In this document: piece by piece, positions 12,401 through 25,103 of the stretch
Numbering within the stretch: the stretch's first letter is position 1
Layout: every line of letters begins with the position of its first letter
Assembly (NCBI GenBank): GCA_039545335.1
Contig: BCIN01000008.1
Location: 1-64,000, forward strand
Direction: 5' to 3'
DNA from: Kondoa subrosea
Lineage: Eukaryota
Length of the DNA: 64,000 nucleotides
The notes under the pieces: model-generated
Told to the model about the DNA's origin: nothing
The model's database searches: none
What the model saw: the letters and a program-made list of their open reading frames with translations, nothing else
Translations under genes and position numbers: made by a program

Positions 12401-14930
12401 GAAGACATCGCTCTTGACCGATTTGCGATCCACATCAGACCAAGCTCCTCGTGGACGAAATGAGGCTGGAGGTTCACGAAGAAAGCGACTTGAATCATCC
12501 GCAGATCCTCTTCGAGGTACATCGCGCAAGACGTAACGCCTGAGCGAATCGGAATGCATAGATTGCGCAGTGAAGCGCACTGATCCGGTCTCTGAGCCTA
12601 TCGATGGTCACATGAGCGAAGTGGAATACTCAAGCCGATTAAACGCACCGTAGACGGGGTCCTTTTCTCGCAGAGGAGGGAAAGATTCGCTATGACGCAT
12701 TTCTGATGACTGAGCAGAGGTAGGACGACCGCCAAAGCGATCCGGTCTGCTAAGAAATTGGTCGATGCCTTCGAAGTCATCAGTCTCGCTTCCATGTTCA
12801 ACGAGATTTGGCGTCGATCGGGTTAAGCGACGATGCGGAAGACCTGATACGCCTGCTTCTTCCGGATTGAAAGGCTCTTGCTGACTCTTCTGTCGTTCAT
12901 GCCATAAATCCTTGATTCGACTGGCTGGTGAATCCATTCGAGGCGAAGTTTTGGTCTCTGGCGTGTTGTCAGTGGTGATAGAGCTATGCATGGCAAAGAC
13001 GTCGAGAATATGAGCCAGCCATTGTACGCGTTGAGTTGCTTTGCTACAACCAAAAATTTCTTTGTATCCATTCGACCACATCAACTGAAACGCTTGTACA
13101 GCTGTCGGCTCCTGAGTGAGCTGATAAGGATCTCCAATATTGGCCAAAACATTCGCATCCTCTGATGAACCGTTTCGAAGACTTTCACAACTCTGGCAAG
13201 CTTGCAAATCTATTCTTTTCTCTTCCTCTAGCGCGTCTGGATCTTCAGAGCTGAAGGCGATGAGAATAGCACCAGGTATGAGTACAGCCCGAGCAAATCT
13301 CCATTCTTGCCGACCAGAAGAAGATTCAGCTGCGTAGAAGAGTTCGCCATGAAACAGGATCTATGTAACTGATTCAGCCGGTGGAATCAAGCTTGCTTAT
13401 ATGATTACCTCTGCTTCGGGAACAGAACTCAAGGAGCTGCTTTCCATTCCGGACCAGATACTAGCAGCGGGGCCAGGGCTGTTTGAGATATCCAGGCGGG
13501 GCGAAGCTTCGACTTTTCGCTTCCTGGTTTGATCAATGTTGGGTTGTATGATAATATGAGGTAAAGGTACATCTTGAGCGTATTGAGACTTGTGACTGCT
13601 TGTTGTATCGGCAGATTGATTTCGTCGATGTATTATTGACAATGGAGAAGTCACACTTGCCGGCTTTGACGATGCAACAGGAGCTGTGGCTATTTGCGAT
13701 AGATTGCTTCGTGATGAAGCAAAGCTTCGTAAGCTGCTAGCAGGCGACTGAGGGCGAGATGAGGAAGAGGGGGGCGAAAGAGTGGATGAAGCAGCAACAA
13801 GATTATCTTCCGATTGAGAGCGCCCATGTACACCACCAAACATAGCAGCTCTTTGCTGCAAAGCTGGCGAAACAGACTTCTTCGAAGAGGCGGGACTAGC
13901 AGGTCGGTCGTTCCGCGCGCCAGAGCCAAGGAAGTGTTCAGCAACCGACGCTTGGGCAGTAAGTAAGCCTCGCTTAGAAGAAACAGAGTCGCGCAATGTA
14001 GAAATCGAGCCTGCTCTAGTCGATAATTCGGTTTTCTCGCTGACGGCACGTCAATTAGGTCTAGCTGTAGAAAGACGCGCGACTCACGTAACAGGACTTA
14101 GACTCGTCCTCATAGCTTCGAATGGATTCCCATCTCTATCATATTCAATACCTCTCTCGACTCTTCGACCGCTAGCATCTTTGCTTTCTTCCTGCATGCG
14201 CTGGTGCTGACCCTTTACTTCCGAGATGATCTCTAGTATATCTCGTTCTGCAGGGAATTGGTCCGTTGCCAGATCTGTTCCGTCAGAAGATTGAGATTCT
14301 TTGGAAGGAGAAAAGATAGGATCGGGCACTGGTGTAGCATTAGCAGTCGTCCGAGAATGATCAGAGTGTTCAGTACTGCCAGAACCATGGGAGGCTTGTC
14401 TTGAACGAGGAGCAGAACTTTCTTGAGCTGTATCTGAATTCTGGAGCTGGGCTGAAACGAGTTTGATACTTGGTCCATCGAGGTCTTTAGCTGGAACAGG
14501 TGGTCTTGACTCTTCGTACTCTGTTGACTTAGTAGTAGCGTCGACTGAGGCTGCCTTGGGACCGTCGGGCTGAAAACGTCGATGAGGTTCTATGCGCAAA
14601 TATACGACAGATCTGGCTTACTTGAGTAGCAAACCTCGAAGTTTGAGCAGCAATGGATTGCTTATCAGCCGAAGGATCAAGCAAATGAGCTCGCTTGGCT
14701 CTTCTTGCTCTGACGTTTGCGAGAAAACTATCTGGTGAATCAGGCGAATCCAAGCCAAACTCTGCCGAATCTGCCTCTGGTCGACGAACAGCTAGATCTG
14801 GAGCTGTACTTGAATGTGGTAGAGTAGGCCTTTGACGAAAAGCAGAAGCTAAATCAGAAATACTGTCTCCACTGTGTGCTGACTTCATATCTTCTTCTAT
14901 GGGGTATTGCTTGTCTGTACGTCTGTACAT
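9461..14930 (-). CDS. Large low-complexity protein with a probable PH domain and C-terminal coiled coil
   Basis: Chain of minus-strand ORFs joined by GT-AG introns. PH-like segment at about 13000-13360 (GELFY...EWRFARAVL...RIDLQAC...FQLMWSNG...RVQWLAHI). The 5'-most junction near 14600 is unresolved. Confidence 0.6.
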
Positions 14931-16262
14931 GAGCAAAACATGGAGCGTCCATCAATGACGCAGCTCGCCTGTATTCCAGCCCATTATTTGTCGTACGTGT
15001 GAGTTCGAGATTGTTCAATGACTATAAGTAGAATTCCTGCTCCAGCCCGTACATAGACCAGGGAATAGCTCAAATGTGGTATATAAAGGTGCTCATGACA
15101 GTGCAAGAGGGAACAGAAAGTGCAGATGAAAACACAAGTCTGCAAAGTGAAAGAATCGAATCTCGTGGAAGGTGAGCAATGGAATTGCATTGCAAAAGAC
15201 GGTCAGAGAATAGCATGGTGAGCTGCATAACAATATGCTGTTGACAGACAAGCCTTGGAACACTAGCTCCAGATGCAGACTCTGGCCTACAAGTTGTCTC
15301 TGATTATCAATACATATTACCTACGAGTTATTCCACCTTTGACGAAAGACGCTCGCGTTACGCCAGCTCTATTCTATCTTTGCGCTGAATAGGTGTAGTA
15401 GTGCCATTAATCTAAATCGGTTGAAATTGTTCCGAACGGTGGATATGTTGATTGAAGGAAGTCTTACAGGTTATCATTGATTTTCTGGTGCATGAGATAT
15501 ATACAACAAGAGAAGTCGAGCCTCGCTTCCAGATTTTCTTGCAGTCTTTGGCCAGACTGTTCGCCTTGCAAGTGGCAGGAAATGCAGGAAGAAGGACTGT
15601 TGAAGACTTTATAAGCGAATGCGCGACTATAAGAATTTTGGTTTAGTAAAGAAATTAGCTGGCCAACATATCCTGGGCTCAGACTAACGAGGATAGGAAT
15701 AGTATGGAGACAGGACAAGAGAAATTTTGGAGGAAGAGAAGAGAAAGCGAAGAGGAAGTGAAGAGATCAGTGATACTATGCAGCTGGATACAGCCAGACA
15801 TCGCTCGAATTATGCAAGGTATGACAAGTGCAGCTGCTTTGAACTTCCCAAAACACGCTGAGTTGCTACATACTAAAAGTAGCTGCCTAGCAGCACAGAA
15901 GATAGCTTCGGCTAAAGCGGGAGTACTCTTCGTAGAGAAGCTGTGCTGGCCACAGCAGAAGCTCTTCGGACAGAAAGTCGGAAGTCACGCATCGGTATGA
16001 CCCAAACTGTTCGAAACCAGAGTGCGCTATACCTATAGCTGGAGATACCTTGGCTCCGCGTTCTGCTGCGCTGGACGTAGTATAAAGAAGCGGAAAGAGC
16101 AGTACAAGGGAAGACAAAGGCTGAGATCTAGGGAGGCTGCCATCAAGCGGAAACCGCTAGGGTCTGAGCTACTGTGAGGCTTTGAGAGAAGACCAAATGT
16201 CGTGATTGCTGATGAGATGTCCTTTTGCTAGATCAAGCACGTCGTCGCTCACTTGAAGCGAG

Positions 16263-17927
16263 ATGCATCCACGTCGAGTTCGACCTATTGCTTCACTCGT
16301 TTCATTCTTCTACCTCCAGAGCTTCGATGCGAAATTATTCGCTTCGCTGCTTCTGACGGCTCGGATATATCTGGCCGTAAGCGAAGCTTTTCAATGACCA
16401 CAGATGCTAAGTGTACTACAGTACGGCAATCGATCATCTTTGAAGCAACCTTGCGCACCTCGGACCATCTGCAGACAATCTCTCGATTGCGCCTGGTCAG
16501 TTCAGAATTCTGCGCAACTGTAGCTTGCTTTGCCCTTCGATGCATCTTCATCAACTCGGCAAAGCAACTTGGTGAATGCAAAGCTGCATCTACAGGAAGC
16601 TTCAAGCTGCTGGAGGAGCTTCATATTATGCCAGCCTTTGGGTACGAACTAGATTCGCCGCATTTAGCGTATATCTATGCACTGGTTCGCCGTCATACCG
16701 GTCTTCAAACCGTAACTATCCAGCTCAGGGAGCCGAAGCGACATGAGCATCCGGATCGTAGGAGACAAAGAACGCTCTTTGCGGAATTGCGAATTGAGTT
16801 GGAGAAACTTGGCATCAGTTGTTACTGCAGCGTAGGAAGGACTGTTTACCAATGATCTAATGTTCGGCTCTCCAACAAGCGTTCTCGCCGAGTCACTTTG
16901 TCAGGGACAGAAGATCATGCATCAGTCTTTCATTCTCATTATCTACAAGGCTTTCTAGACCACTCAAGCCTTTCTTCATACATACAAACCTTTGAGGCGA
17001 ATATCCAATGCCTAGATCTTCGATGTGTCGGCGGAAGCTCTGCTCTCCTGTGGTCACATCTGTCCCAAATCCTGTCTGCGTGTTCGGCCACAGTTACAGA
17101 ACTTCGATTGGAATTAAGAGACGATGTGGATTATCAAGGATTGCAGCAATGTGCACGACTGGCTTATCTTACGCTGGATCTATCACCAGGTCATATTCCC
17201 CTCTTCCGCTTATTTCCCTTTCCGCCGGCCTTGCAAAGCCTGCGTACGGTTTGGAACAACACGGTCAATTCCGTTATGGATATGATTCACATTGTCTCTG
17301 CCATAGAAGAGGGAATAAGCAAGGCTAAGGATTGGCAGGAAGTGGTGATCAGCACGGGAATTTGGCGAAAAGATACACAAGCAGATCATCTACTTTTCGC
17401 CGTCATGCTATCAATGCAGCAGACCAGAGATTACTTGATAACGAACGAAGCACATCGAGACGCCCTTGCAGTCGCGGCCAATCAATTGACTCGCGATCAA
17501 TTCGAACAACGACATGGGCAATACGATGAAGAACTCATTCCTCGGTACAAATGTGTCGTCTTTAGCTCATTGAAGAGTGCGGCCAAAGAGCATGGGTTGA
17601 CCCTCAGGATTTGGGCGGAACCGAATCCCTACGAAACCGAAGACACAAATGTGAGCTTAATGGCTGGCCAGAAGATCCAGATTCGTTGAATAGCTCTGCA
17701 GTACACTATCCCGGAATACTTCCCTTTGATCAAATCTTTTGGAATTGAAAGTGAAGAAAGGTCCAGGGAGCGGCAGATGCAGACTATGAAACAGCCTGAG
17801 ATTACGGATTATTTCGGTGCAGCGGCAGCTACAGGTCAGTTCAGCTTGCTGAATCCGATAATCTAGTGGGCTTACGAGCGCAATAGACTAATCTGACATA
17901 GATTACTGGATGGCACAACATTCATGA
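16263..17927 (+). CDS. F-box protein (LRR-like body) with C-terminal PIP-box-like motifs, paralogue A; apparent 1-nt frameshift near the start
   Basis: MHPRRVRPI-/-FTRFILLPPELRCEII F-box start. Introns 16377-16421, 16832-16879, 17651-17701 and 17835-17901 join ORFs 16253-16855 and 16898-17689 to the tail NYTIPEYF...QPEITDYF. Confidence 0.75.
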
Positions 17928-18175
17928 AGGTGTATAGTAACCTTCTCCCCGAGCTCGAAATTACAAGTACCGTTACTATCAGTATTTGCGAAACTTTGTT
18001 CGATCTCTTCAGACGCGCTGTCTAAATAAGTTCAATGCATGCACTGTAGACACCGTCACTTAGCGCACAAGCTTCCATACTCTCATCATTCTCGGAAGTT
18101 ACCGATCGGTAAACAAACTTCGCGTTGTCGACTCTTGTTATGAACAGTGTTTCGAAGTCTCGCTGAATATACCCG

Positions 18176-21100
18176 ATGGAGACCCTACTGAAGAGCCCGC
18201 TCAACCTTAAGACCAACAGACCCACGGGAAAGGCAGACATTCGCTGTCGGATGGACCAAGAATGTCAAAATGTCATCAAGCAATTCGCAGCCTTAGTTTC
18301 GCAGAGCACATCTTGGCTGGATGAGTACATTGACTCTACTGCAGAGAATCAGAAGAAAGGGTCAGCCTACTCTCTTACTTTGAAAGTAGAACACAGCTCA
18401 TTGTTTACTTTTTTCCCTTTCGTGTGCTACAGATCGTCATATACTCAGCTTATGAAAACACCTTCGAGACAGAAAGCAGCAGCAATGACACTTTCAGTCT
18501 TCAAGGACACCATTCAGCAAGAGAGTCCTGCTGCTCAGCGGGCTATCTTTTCTAGACCCCTCTTCCAACCTGTTCCCTCGCCAAACAAAGAGAACGATCG
18601 TCTGGCAGTCTCACCGGCTGCTGCTCGCAGTAATAGTCCAGCTAAGAAAGTCTTGTCTCCTGGTTCACCAGCTGCTCGACCTATTCTTGAACGAGCTCTA
18701 AGTCCTCGGACCAACGTAATTCAATCACCCGCTACAAACAGGCCTGCTGCAAGTCCTATTCGATACAACTCTCCCCGAGCTTTGGCTCTGTCTCCTAAAG
18801 CTTCTAGTGTTCAACATCAGCTGTATCGAGATCCAGTTGCTCCTGCTTCACCTCAAGCTCCGATTCAGCAACTCCAAGAACCAATTCAACTCGTTTCGAC
18901 ATCTACTGTCCAGAAGAAGATGGTTGAAGAAGTAGAAGACGCGCAAGAAGTCGAAGTGCTGGACGATGCGGTTCTTGAAGACGAAGTATTGACGGGCGGA
19001 TCTGCAAGCAGCTCTTTCGAAGAGGCAGCGATAGAAGCATCACTCGTCGCTCGTCCTATCAGTCAAAGTCCAGGTTTCGCTGCTAAATCAACAGCTATTC
19101 TTCAAGCCTCACCTCGTCAATCACCAAAGAAAGTTATGGCTTCTTCACCACTGAAGAATGGCTCACCTCGCTCTCTTCGTAGCAACCAAGCACCACCTAG
19201 ATCTTCTCCTGCAAATGTCAAATCTCCTTTGGCGAGTCCAGCTAAATCTGTCAGATCCATGGTTTCACCTCGTGGCATTCCTACTCCCAATCGCTCAAAA
19301 GCCCCTACTCCAGCCAAGTCGATCGAGAATATATCTACTCAATCTACTTCTGCCAAGACTTTGGAAAAGACCAGCTCATCTGAATATGCTTCCGCTTCCG
19401 AGCCAGTAGAAACAACTATTGAGTCTCAGGCCGATAGTCAAGCTTCTGTTTCTGCAGCGGCTTCTTCTCAACAAAGTGTGCCAACTAAAACGCCTGGTGG
19501 ATCGCTCTTCTCTAGCGAAAGTCGCAAAACCGCTCGAAAATCACTCGATCGCACAACAGCTCTGCCACCTTCTCCAACTTCAACCTTCCTGTCTCATAAT
19601 CCCAACCGGACTTCTCAATTCACCTTCAAAGGTTTACCTAGCAGAGAGAAGAGTCTTGGTCTGGTCCTTGGTCCTTCTTTAGCTTCCCGTAGAACTTTGA
19701 CCAGCTTGGGTCCTTCACAAAGCACAATACTTCCAGCCAGAACGCAAGAACCTCATTTCTCACAAGCGACTGAAAGTACACGCAAGCGAAAGAGTGATGT
19801 TGCCGAACCTCTCGTCAATCAAAAAGCGAAAGCCCTTCGAGTTTCTCCGCCTCCTTTACCGAAAGAAGATACTCAGCCCATTCCAGCCAAGAATAGAATT
19901 GAAGCGTTGAAGAATAAGGTCGAGAGCATGTCCAAGAGTCTTCACGGCGCAGTAGGAGCATCAAGAGCTTCTTCGTCTATTCCTATTCCTCAAGCTGCAC
20001 CTTCGCCTTCGTTCTTACGCGCCCAAAAAGCTTTCGGTGCTCCACCTCCTTCTCCTGGTTCTCCAAGCGGTTTGCGATCACCTACATTTGGCATGCCTCC
20101 TCGATCACCTTTGCATCGCAACTTCAACTTCACTGCTCCTCTAGATAATGCGACTGCTTCCAATGGACCGAAACGTCCAGCTGAATTGGTCCGCAAGTCT
20201 TCAGTGAATGATATAGTCAGAGTATTCGAATCGAGCAAACAACCTCCTGCCTCTTCAAGTACTAATCGCATTCCAGTTCGTTCACCTGTCAAATCACCTG
20301 TCAAAGCTATGGCTGCTGCTTTCAATCAGCAACATACAAGTACTACTCCTCCTGGTTCTCCTCCAATGCCTCAAGTATCGCCTGTGCATGCAAAGAAGAC
20401 AAATCCTTTATCGCCTTCTATTGCTCAAATGCCTATTGCTCAAGAACCAGCGATAAGAGAGGATGCAGACATGATCATGGAAGAAGCTGAAACTGAGGAA
20501 GAGGCAGATGATGAGGAAGAGATGATTGAAGAACCTGTTGTTCAAGTCAAGGAAATGAAGAAGGTTGAGCAGAAGAGAAGTTTCGAAGTTGAGATCATTA
20601 AGCAGAGGGAAAGAACTGTTTCTCAATACAGCAGCGCTCTTTCTCAGGTGAGCTGTTTCTCCCTTCCATTATGGAATCGATTTGATTTCGTTTGTGAGCT
20701 AGACTGAGGAATCGCAAGAATCGCAACCTCAATCTCAAGGACTTCTTTCTCAAGCTGTCTCTGCGCTGTCGAAATCGTTTGGCAGGAAGCCCATTATGTC
20801 GACTTCTGCTACTGGTTCAGTCAAAAGCATCCAAATGGCAGCTCAAGCCGCCAAAAAGGTCAGTGTATAGTCAGGTTTTGCAATATCATTCGTGCTTAAC
20901 CGGGCTTCCATGTGACAGGAACAAGAAGAACGAGATCGAAGAGCAGCAATGAAAGATTCATTGGAACAGAAACGCCGCTTAGCTGCTATTGCTAAACAAC
21001 AGGAAGAAGAACGTCAACGTTTAGTTGAGCAAGACAAGAAAGCCAAAGAGCAAGAAGCTGTTGATCGGAAAAGGAAAGAAAGAGATGATTTGGCTAGCTC

Positions 21101-22043
21101 TAGAAACACTAGCTTGGTCAATCCTCCTGCCAAGACTCTGAGAGTTAAGAGTGTCAAGGCAGGCTTCGCGGACAAATGATTAGACATAAATAGCTGACGA
21201 CACATGACAGCCCGCTGAAGAAGAACCAAACAAGAAGAGGAAAGTCGATCCGTCCGTTCCCAAAGTGGAAAAGAAGATTAATCCTCCTAGTCGACCGGTA
21301 AGCAATTGATATCTTTAATAGGATCAGATTAGGACTCATGAGCTCTCCAGGCTTCCGCGATGAGCATGGCGTCCTCTTCCCAGCATACTCATTCGAGAGC
21401 ACCTTCAACCGCTCGAGCTGTTCAACCAGAAGCTAGCAAGAAGGTCTCTTCGGTCATCAAAACAACAGCCGAAGCTTCTGCTTCTCGTCCTGCTGTCGTT
21501 CGTACTGGAGCAACCAAAATACAGATCAAGACCGTGGCTCCAGTCGCTGCACCTGCCAAGAGGGTTTCTGCTCAACCTAAAGCTATTCCTCGACCTGTTA
21601 TTGCTGCGGTTGTTGAAGAGAAGGAGATCTACGTCGAGTTGCCTGATATCGATAGCGAGTGAGTTGTACAAGATCTCAATCTCCGTGTATCAGCTCAATC
21701 CGATATCTAGATACTCTGATTCGGATGAGGAAGCTCAAGCTGCCAAAGCTGCCGCTCAACCTGATTGGACTCGATCACCTGAATTGAGAGCTGCTTTGGC
21801 TAATCAATCTCAATTCGATCCTGATCTCATCTTCGGTGCGATCCCTCCTCTACGAATGGAAGGTTTGTCTGGTGCTCTCTGTCGTGCGATTTTAGTCTGA
21901 TCGTTCGCTTTTGCACAGAAATCTTTGTTGGTCCCCAGAAACGTTTCCGTGCCAGAACCAGTTCCGCCAATTGGGCAGGACCTGATCAACTTTCTCGGAC
22001 GGAAGAGATTGAGTTTGCTAAGCGAATGGGTTATCGTGCTTGA
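18176..22043 (+). CDS. Inner centromere protein INCENP (Sli15/Pic1), chromosomal passenger complex
   Basis: SP-rich body and coiled coil. C-terminal IN-box/ARK-binding region LPDIDSEYSDSD...PDWTRSPEL...DPDLIFG...RARTSSANW. Confidence 0.9.
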
Positions 22044-22187
22044 AAAAACAAGTCTTGTATTTCTCAGTTGTATATATATTAGTACTGTTCAGTTGCATAC
22101 TATACAACTTTCGTAATTTACTTGACTCATTGTGATCAACAGATGATGGAATAACACAGACGGATATCATGATGCAATCTACGTTGA

Positions 22188-23500
22188 TTAATGCACAACT
22201 CCTTTGTGTATAGTGCCAGGGAATACGTATGCGGGTAGATCTTCCGCAATTTCTTCCTCGTTGTGATGCGTGTCCGATTGCCCTTGCAATGAATATGGAT
22301 TGGATGAATCTCTTGAATGATCATGTGTAGTAATACCGCTATGCGTTGCAGAGGGTATTGACGAAGATCTAGAAGGATTTTGCGAATGACCAAAGCCATT
22401 GAGCGGAGATTGTGATCGAGCGAGAGAAGGTTCATCTGAAAATGGGTCTTGATAGGATGCCATCAAACCGGTTGAAGCTGAAAGAGGAGGAATAGATGAA
22501 GAAGGAACCGACATCGGTGCCAAAGAATAACTTGTTATAGGAGCCATTTTAGGTGATTCTTCGTAAATGCTGTCTCCGCCTAAAGATGGTCTTCTGTTTA
22601 TCCCAAGCCCTTGTCTCCTCTTCCTCCGTCGCCGAGTCAACAGCCATATCATCACTATCAGGGCCAAAGCAGCGACACCTGCTACTGAACCAGCGATGAT
22701 GGGTGTTGATGATGTTTTCGAGCTAGATGATGCAGCTGGAGAAGAAGTGGAAGAAGGAACAGATGCTGTTGAAGAAGGTGCAGTGACTTGGAACTCAATA
22801 AAATCGATAGAGCTGTAAAGTCAATCATTAGCTCGTATGGGGTTGAAAGCAAGAGGATGCAATGCCCAACTCACAACCATAGTCCTTCTTCAGCCGTCAA
22901 ATTTCCAAGGTTTGTCATGGTAACGATGTGATGCTCGAGCGCTAGCAAAGGCGACGAGTAGGTGATCATTTGTCCTTTATAGCCAGACTTCTGCATATCG
23001 TCTGTTTCACATATTAGCTCATTGCGGACTATTGAGAGTCCGTTTACCTGGTGATAATCCTGACCAAGTACTGTAAGGACCTAGGTCTTCTCCGTCGACT
23101 GAAGGATGGGTGTTAATGCAAGTATAGCTCACTGTTGATGCGAAAGCTTCCCTGGCAAGTCATGAGGTAAGCTATGATAGTTCCTTAGCGGAAGTAGTCT
23201 CACATGATCGTTATACTAGACGTTTATCAGCTCAAATGAACAAGAAGCAAGGTCGCTGACTTACTTTGTCCGCCCATATATTGAAAGCACAGAAAGTGAA
23301 GTCGAAGGATACCTGAGCGCCAACCGTTTCCGTCACGGCGATATGGCCATCGCTGTAGTATGTTTCTTCGCGCATGAGAGCATAGACATGAGCGAATAAG
23401 AAAGCTGCTGTCGAAAGTTCGTTCGCATACGATTGGGGAAAATCCACCCTTGGCTATAGCGCAACCGCTCATTGGAGTCCTCCCATGTCACGTTGGCCAT
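22188..23500 (-). CDS. Single-pass membrane protein: N-terminal beta-sandwich-like domain, Ser/Thr linker, TM helix, cytoplasmic tail
   Basis: Starts MANVTWEDSNERLRYS; TM segment PIIAGSVAGVAALALIVMIWLL followed by RRRRKRR; multiple introns. Confidence 0.65.
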
Positions 23501-23767
23501 ACCGCTGAAGGAGAGCGCGGTATATCAAGACAAAGAACCTCTGAAAGAATAGAACAATTCGAAGAAGGCAGCACTGCCTGGGCGAAACTAGACCGCATGC
23601 TTCGATTTTATCACAGCACAACAGAGCAGCAGAAGTATCAATATGCGCGCATTGCAGCTGTCAACTACAGTAGAGGTCTGTGATGAAGTCTGCTGCATGT
23701 TTGGGGAATAAAGCTTGATTACTAAGCACGACTCAAGATCTTCCGAAGCAAGACGCAAGCTTGTACA

Positions 23768-24823
23768 ATGGAGAGGCTACGTGTAGAAGCAATGCGTCTG
23801 GTGCCACAAATGATCCAGAAACTCCTGGAAGCCGTGGAGCAAAACGATTTCCAATTCATGGCGAAGCAACATTTCATCCTGCCTGAGACTCTGTCTCTGA
23901 CAGATTCGGACCATGATATTCTCAAGTATGTGGTCTACCGAAGGATATTCTCGGAGACACCAAACGAAATAATTCAGCTGTACCAAAATGGTGACATGCA
24001 AGCCAATCCGTTACATGGAGAATTGGTCAGCTCTATAGAAGATACTGCGTGTATATCAATGGCATCAGAATGGTTGATGCAGGTTTCCAACTTCTATCGG
24101 AGTGGGCTGCCTTTCGAAACCATCAAGCGAGTTTACGAGATTTCCATATACTATGCTCTTTGGCACGCTCAACGCATGGTCACAACACTGGGGAGGGAAA
24201 TACATCTTAACAGAGCTACAACGGTACTTCGGAAGATAAGTACGGCTTTAGGCAAGCAATTGGCTGTATGCGATGCGCTTTCGATCCCATCTCAAACTCT
24301 GAACCGATGGGAACAAGCGCTGGACACAATTCGATACAAGCTCACGCTAAGCGGGGACACCAGCGATCATTGGATAGCCCTTTACGCCTCGCTCAATTAT
24401 CTGGCATTTCTATTGCGATTACCTATCAAACTCACTCAGGGTGCCGGTCATATGAATAGAATCAATACCAGATTTCTTGAACCTCTCATACGTAGTGCAC
24501 ATCTTCCCTCCGCTGCTAAACGATTTGAAGTGTTGAATCGCTTCCCGATCGCAAATCGTTTCAGACGAACAATGGTCCTCATTTGTCTGCACTGCGGCAA
24601 TAATACACGCCAGTCACCTGAACAAGCAGAGCGTTCCGAGATCGCACGCTTCTTCAAGCATTGTTCAGGGTTCGACCTTTTTTTCGGTTACATGACTATC
24701 AAGCGCTTATACCGCTTTGACAGATGCAGAACTGCAATGTACTGCTCACGGGATTGCGCTGTCGCTGACTGGGAAGCGGGGCATAAAGACAAGTGCTATA
24801 GCAAGATCAGGGACAAGCAGTAA
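23768..24823 (+). CDS. MYND-type zinc finger protein
   Basis: C-terminal CLHC...CSG/CRTAMYCSRDCAVADWEAGHKDKC. A stopless 54-nt intron (24670-24723) lies within the finger. Confidence 0.8.
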   Translation: MERLRVEAMRLVPQMIQKLLEAVEQNDFQFMAKQHFILPETLSLTDSDHDILKYVVYRRIFSETPNEIIQLYQNGDMQANPLHGELVSSIEDTACISMASEWLMQVSNFYRSGLPFETIKRVYEISIYYALWHAQRMVTTLGREIHLNRATTVLRKISTALGKQLAVCDALSIPSQTLNRWEQALDTIRYKLTLSGDTSDHWIALYASLNYLAFLLRLPIKLTQGAGHMNRINTRFLEPLIRSAHLPSAAKRFEVLNRFPIANRFRRTMVLICLHCGNNTRQSPEQAERSEIARFFKHCSGFDLFFGYMTIKRLYRFDRCRTAMYCSRDCAVADWEAGHKDKCYSKIRDKQ

Positions 24824-25103
24824 TTCGATTGGTGGAGGAGGAATCAAGGAGTCAGAAGATGAAAACAGGCTTGGGTTGACTGTCTTCTATGTCTCGTACG
24901 ACGACTATTTTCGTTCTGCGATTCTGATGTTGAATCCAATGCAGATAGTGCAATTCATCGCAATCGCTGGCACACGGTCGTTCACCCGTAAGCTGCGGAT
25001 GAGGAGGGAGGACGAGTGTTTGTGAGTAGATTTCGTAAGAACTACTTGAAACTCATGCGACTAGTTACAGATTGAAAGGACCCGGGCTCTCTCGCTTCGG
25101 ATA

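Noticed and set aside
16209..16240. CTGATGA hammerhead-like core and CCTTTTGCTAGATCAAG resembling the 5' part of U2 snRNA
   Set aside because: No stem II plus GAAA, and no GTGTAGTA branch-pairing sequence.
16853..16855. In-frame TGA between ORFs 16253-16855 and 16898-17689, suggesting readthrough or selenocysteine
   Set aside because: It lies inside a 48-nt GT-AG intron (16832-16879) with a CTAAT branch site.
17777..17927. Stand-alone PIP-box micropeptide or uORF of INCENP (MQTMKQPEITDYF...)
   Set aside because: The frame is open back to an acceptor at 17701, so it is better explained as the tail of the F-box gene; paralogue B has the same intron.
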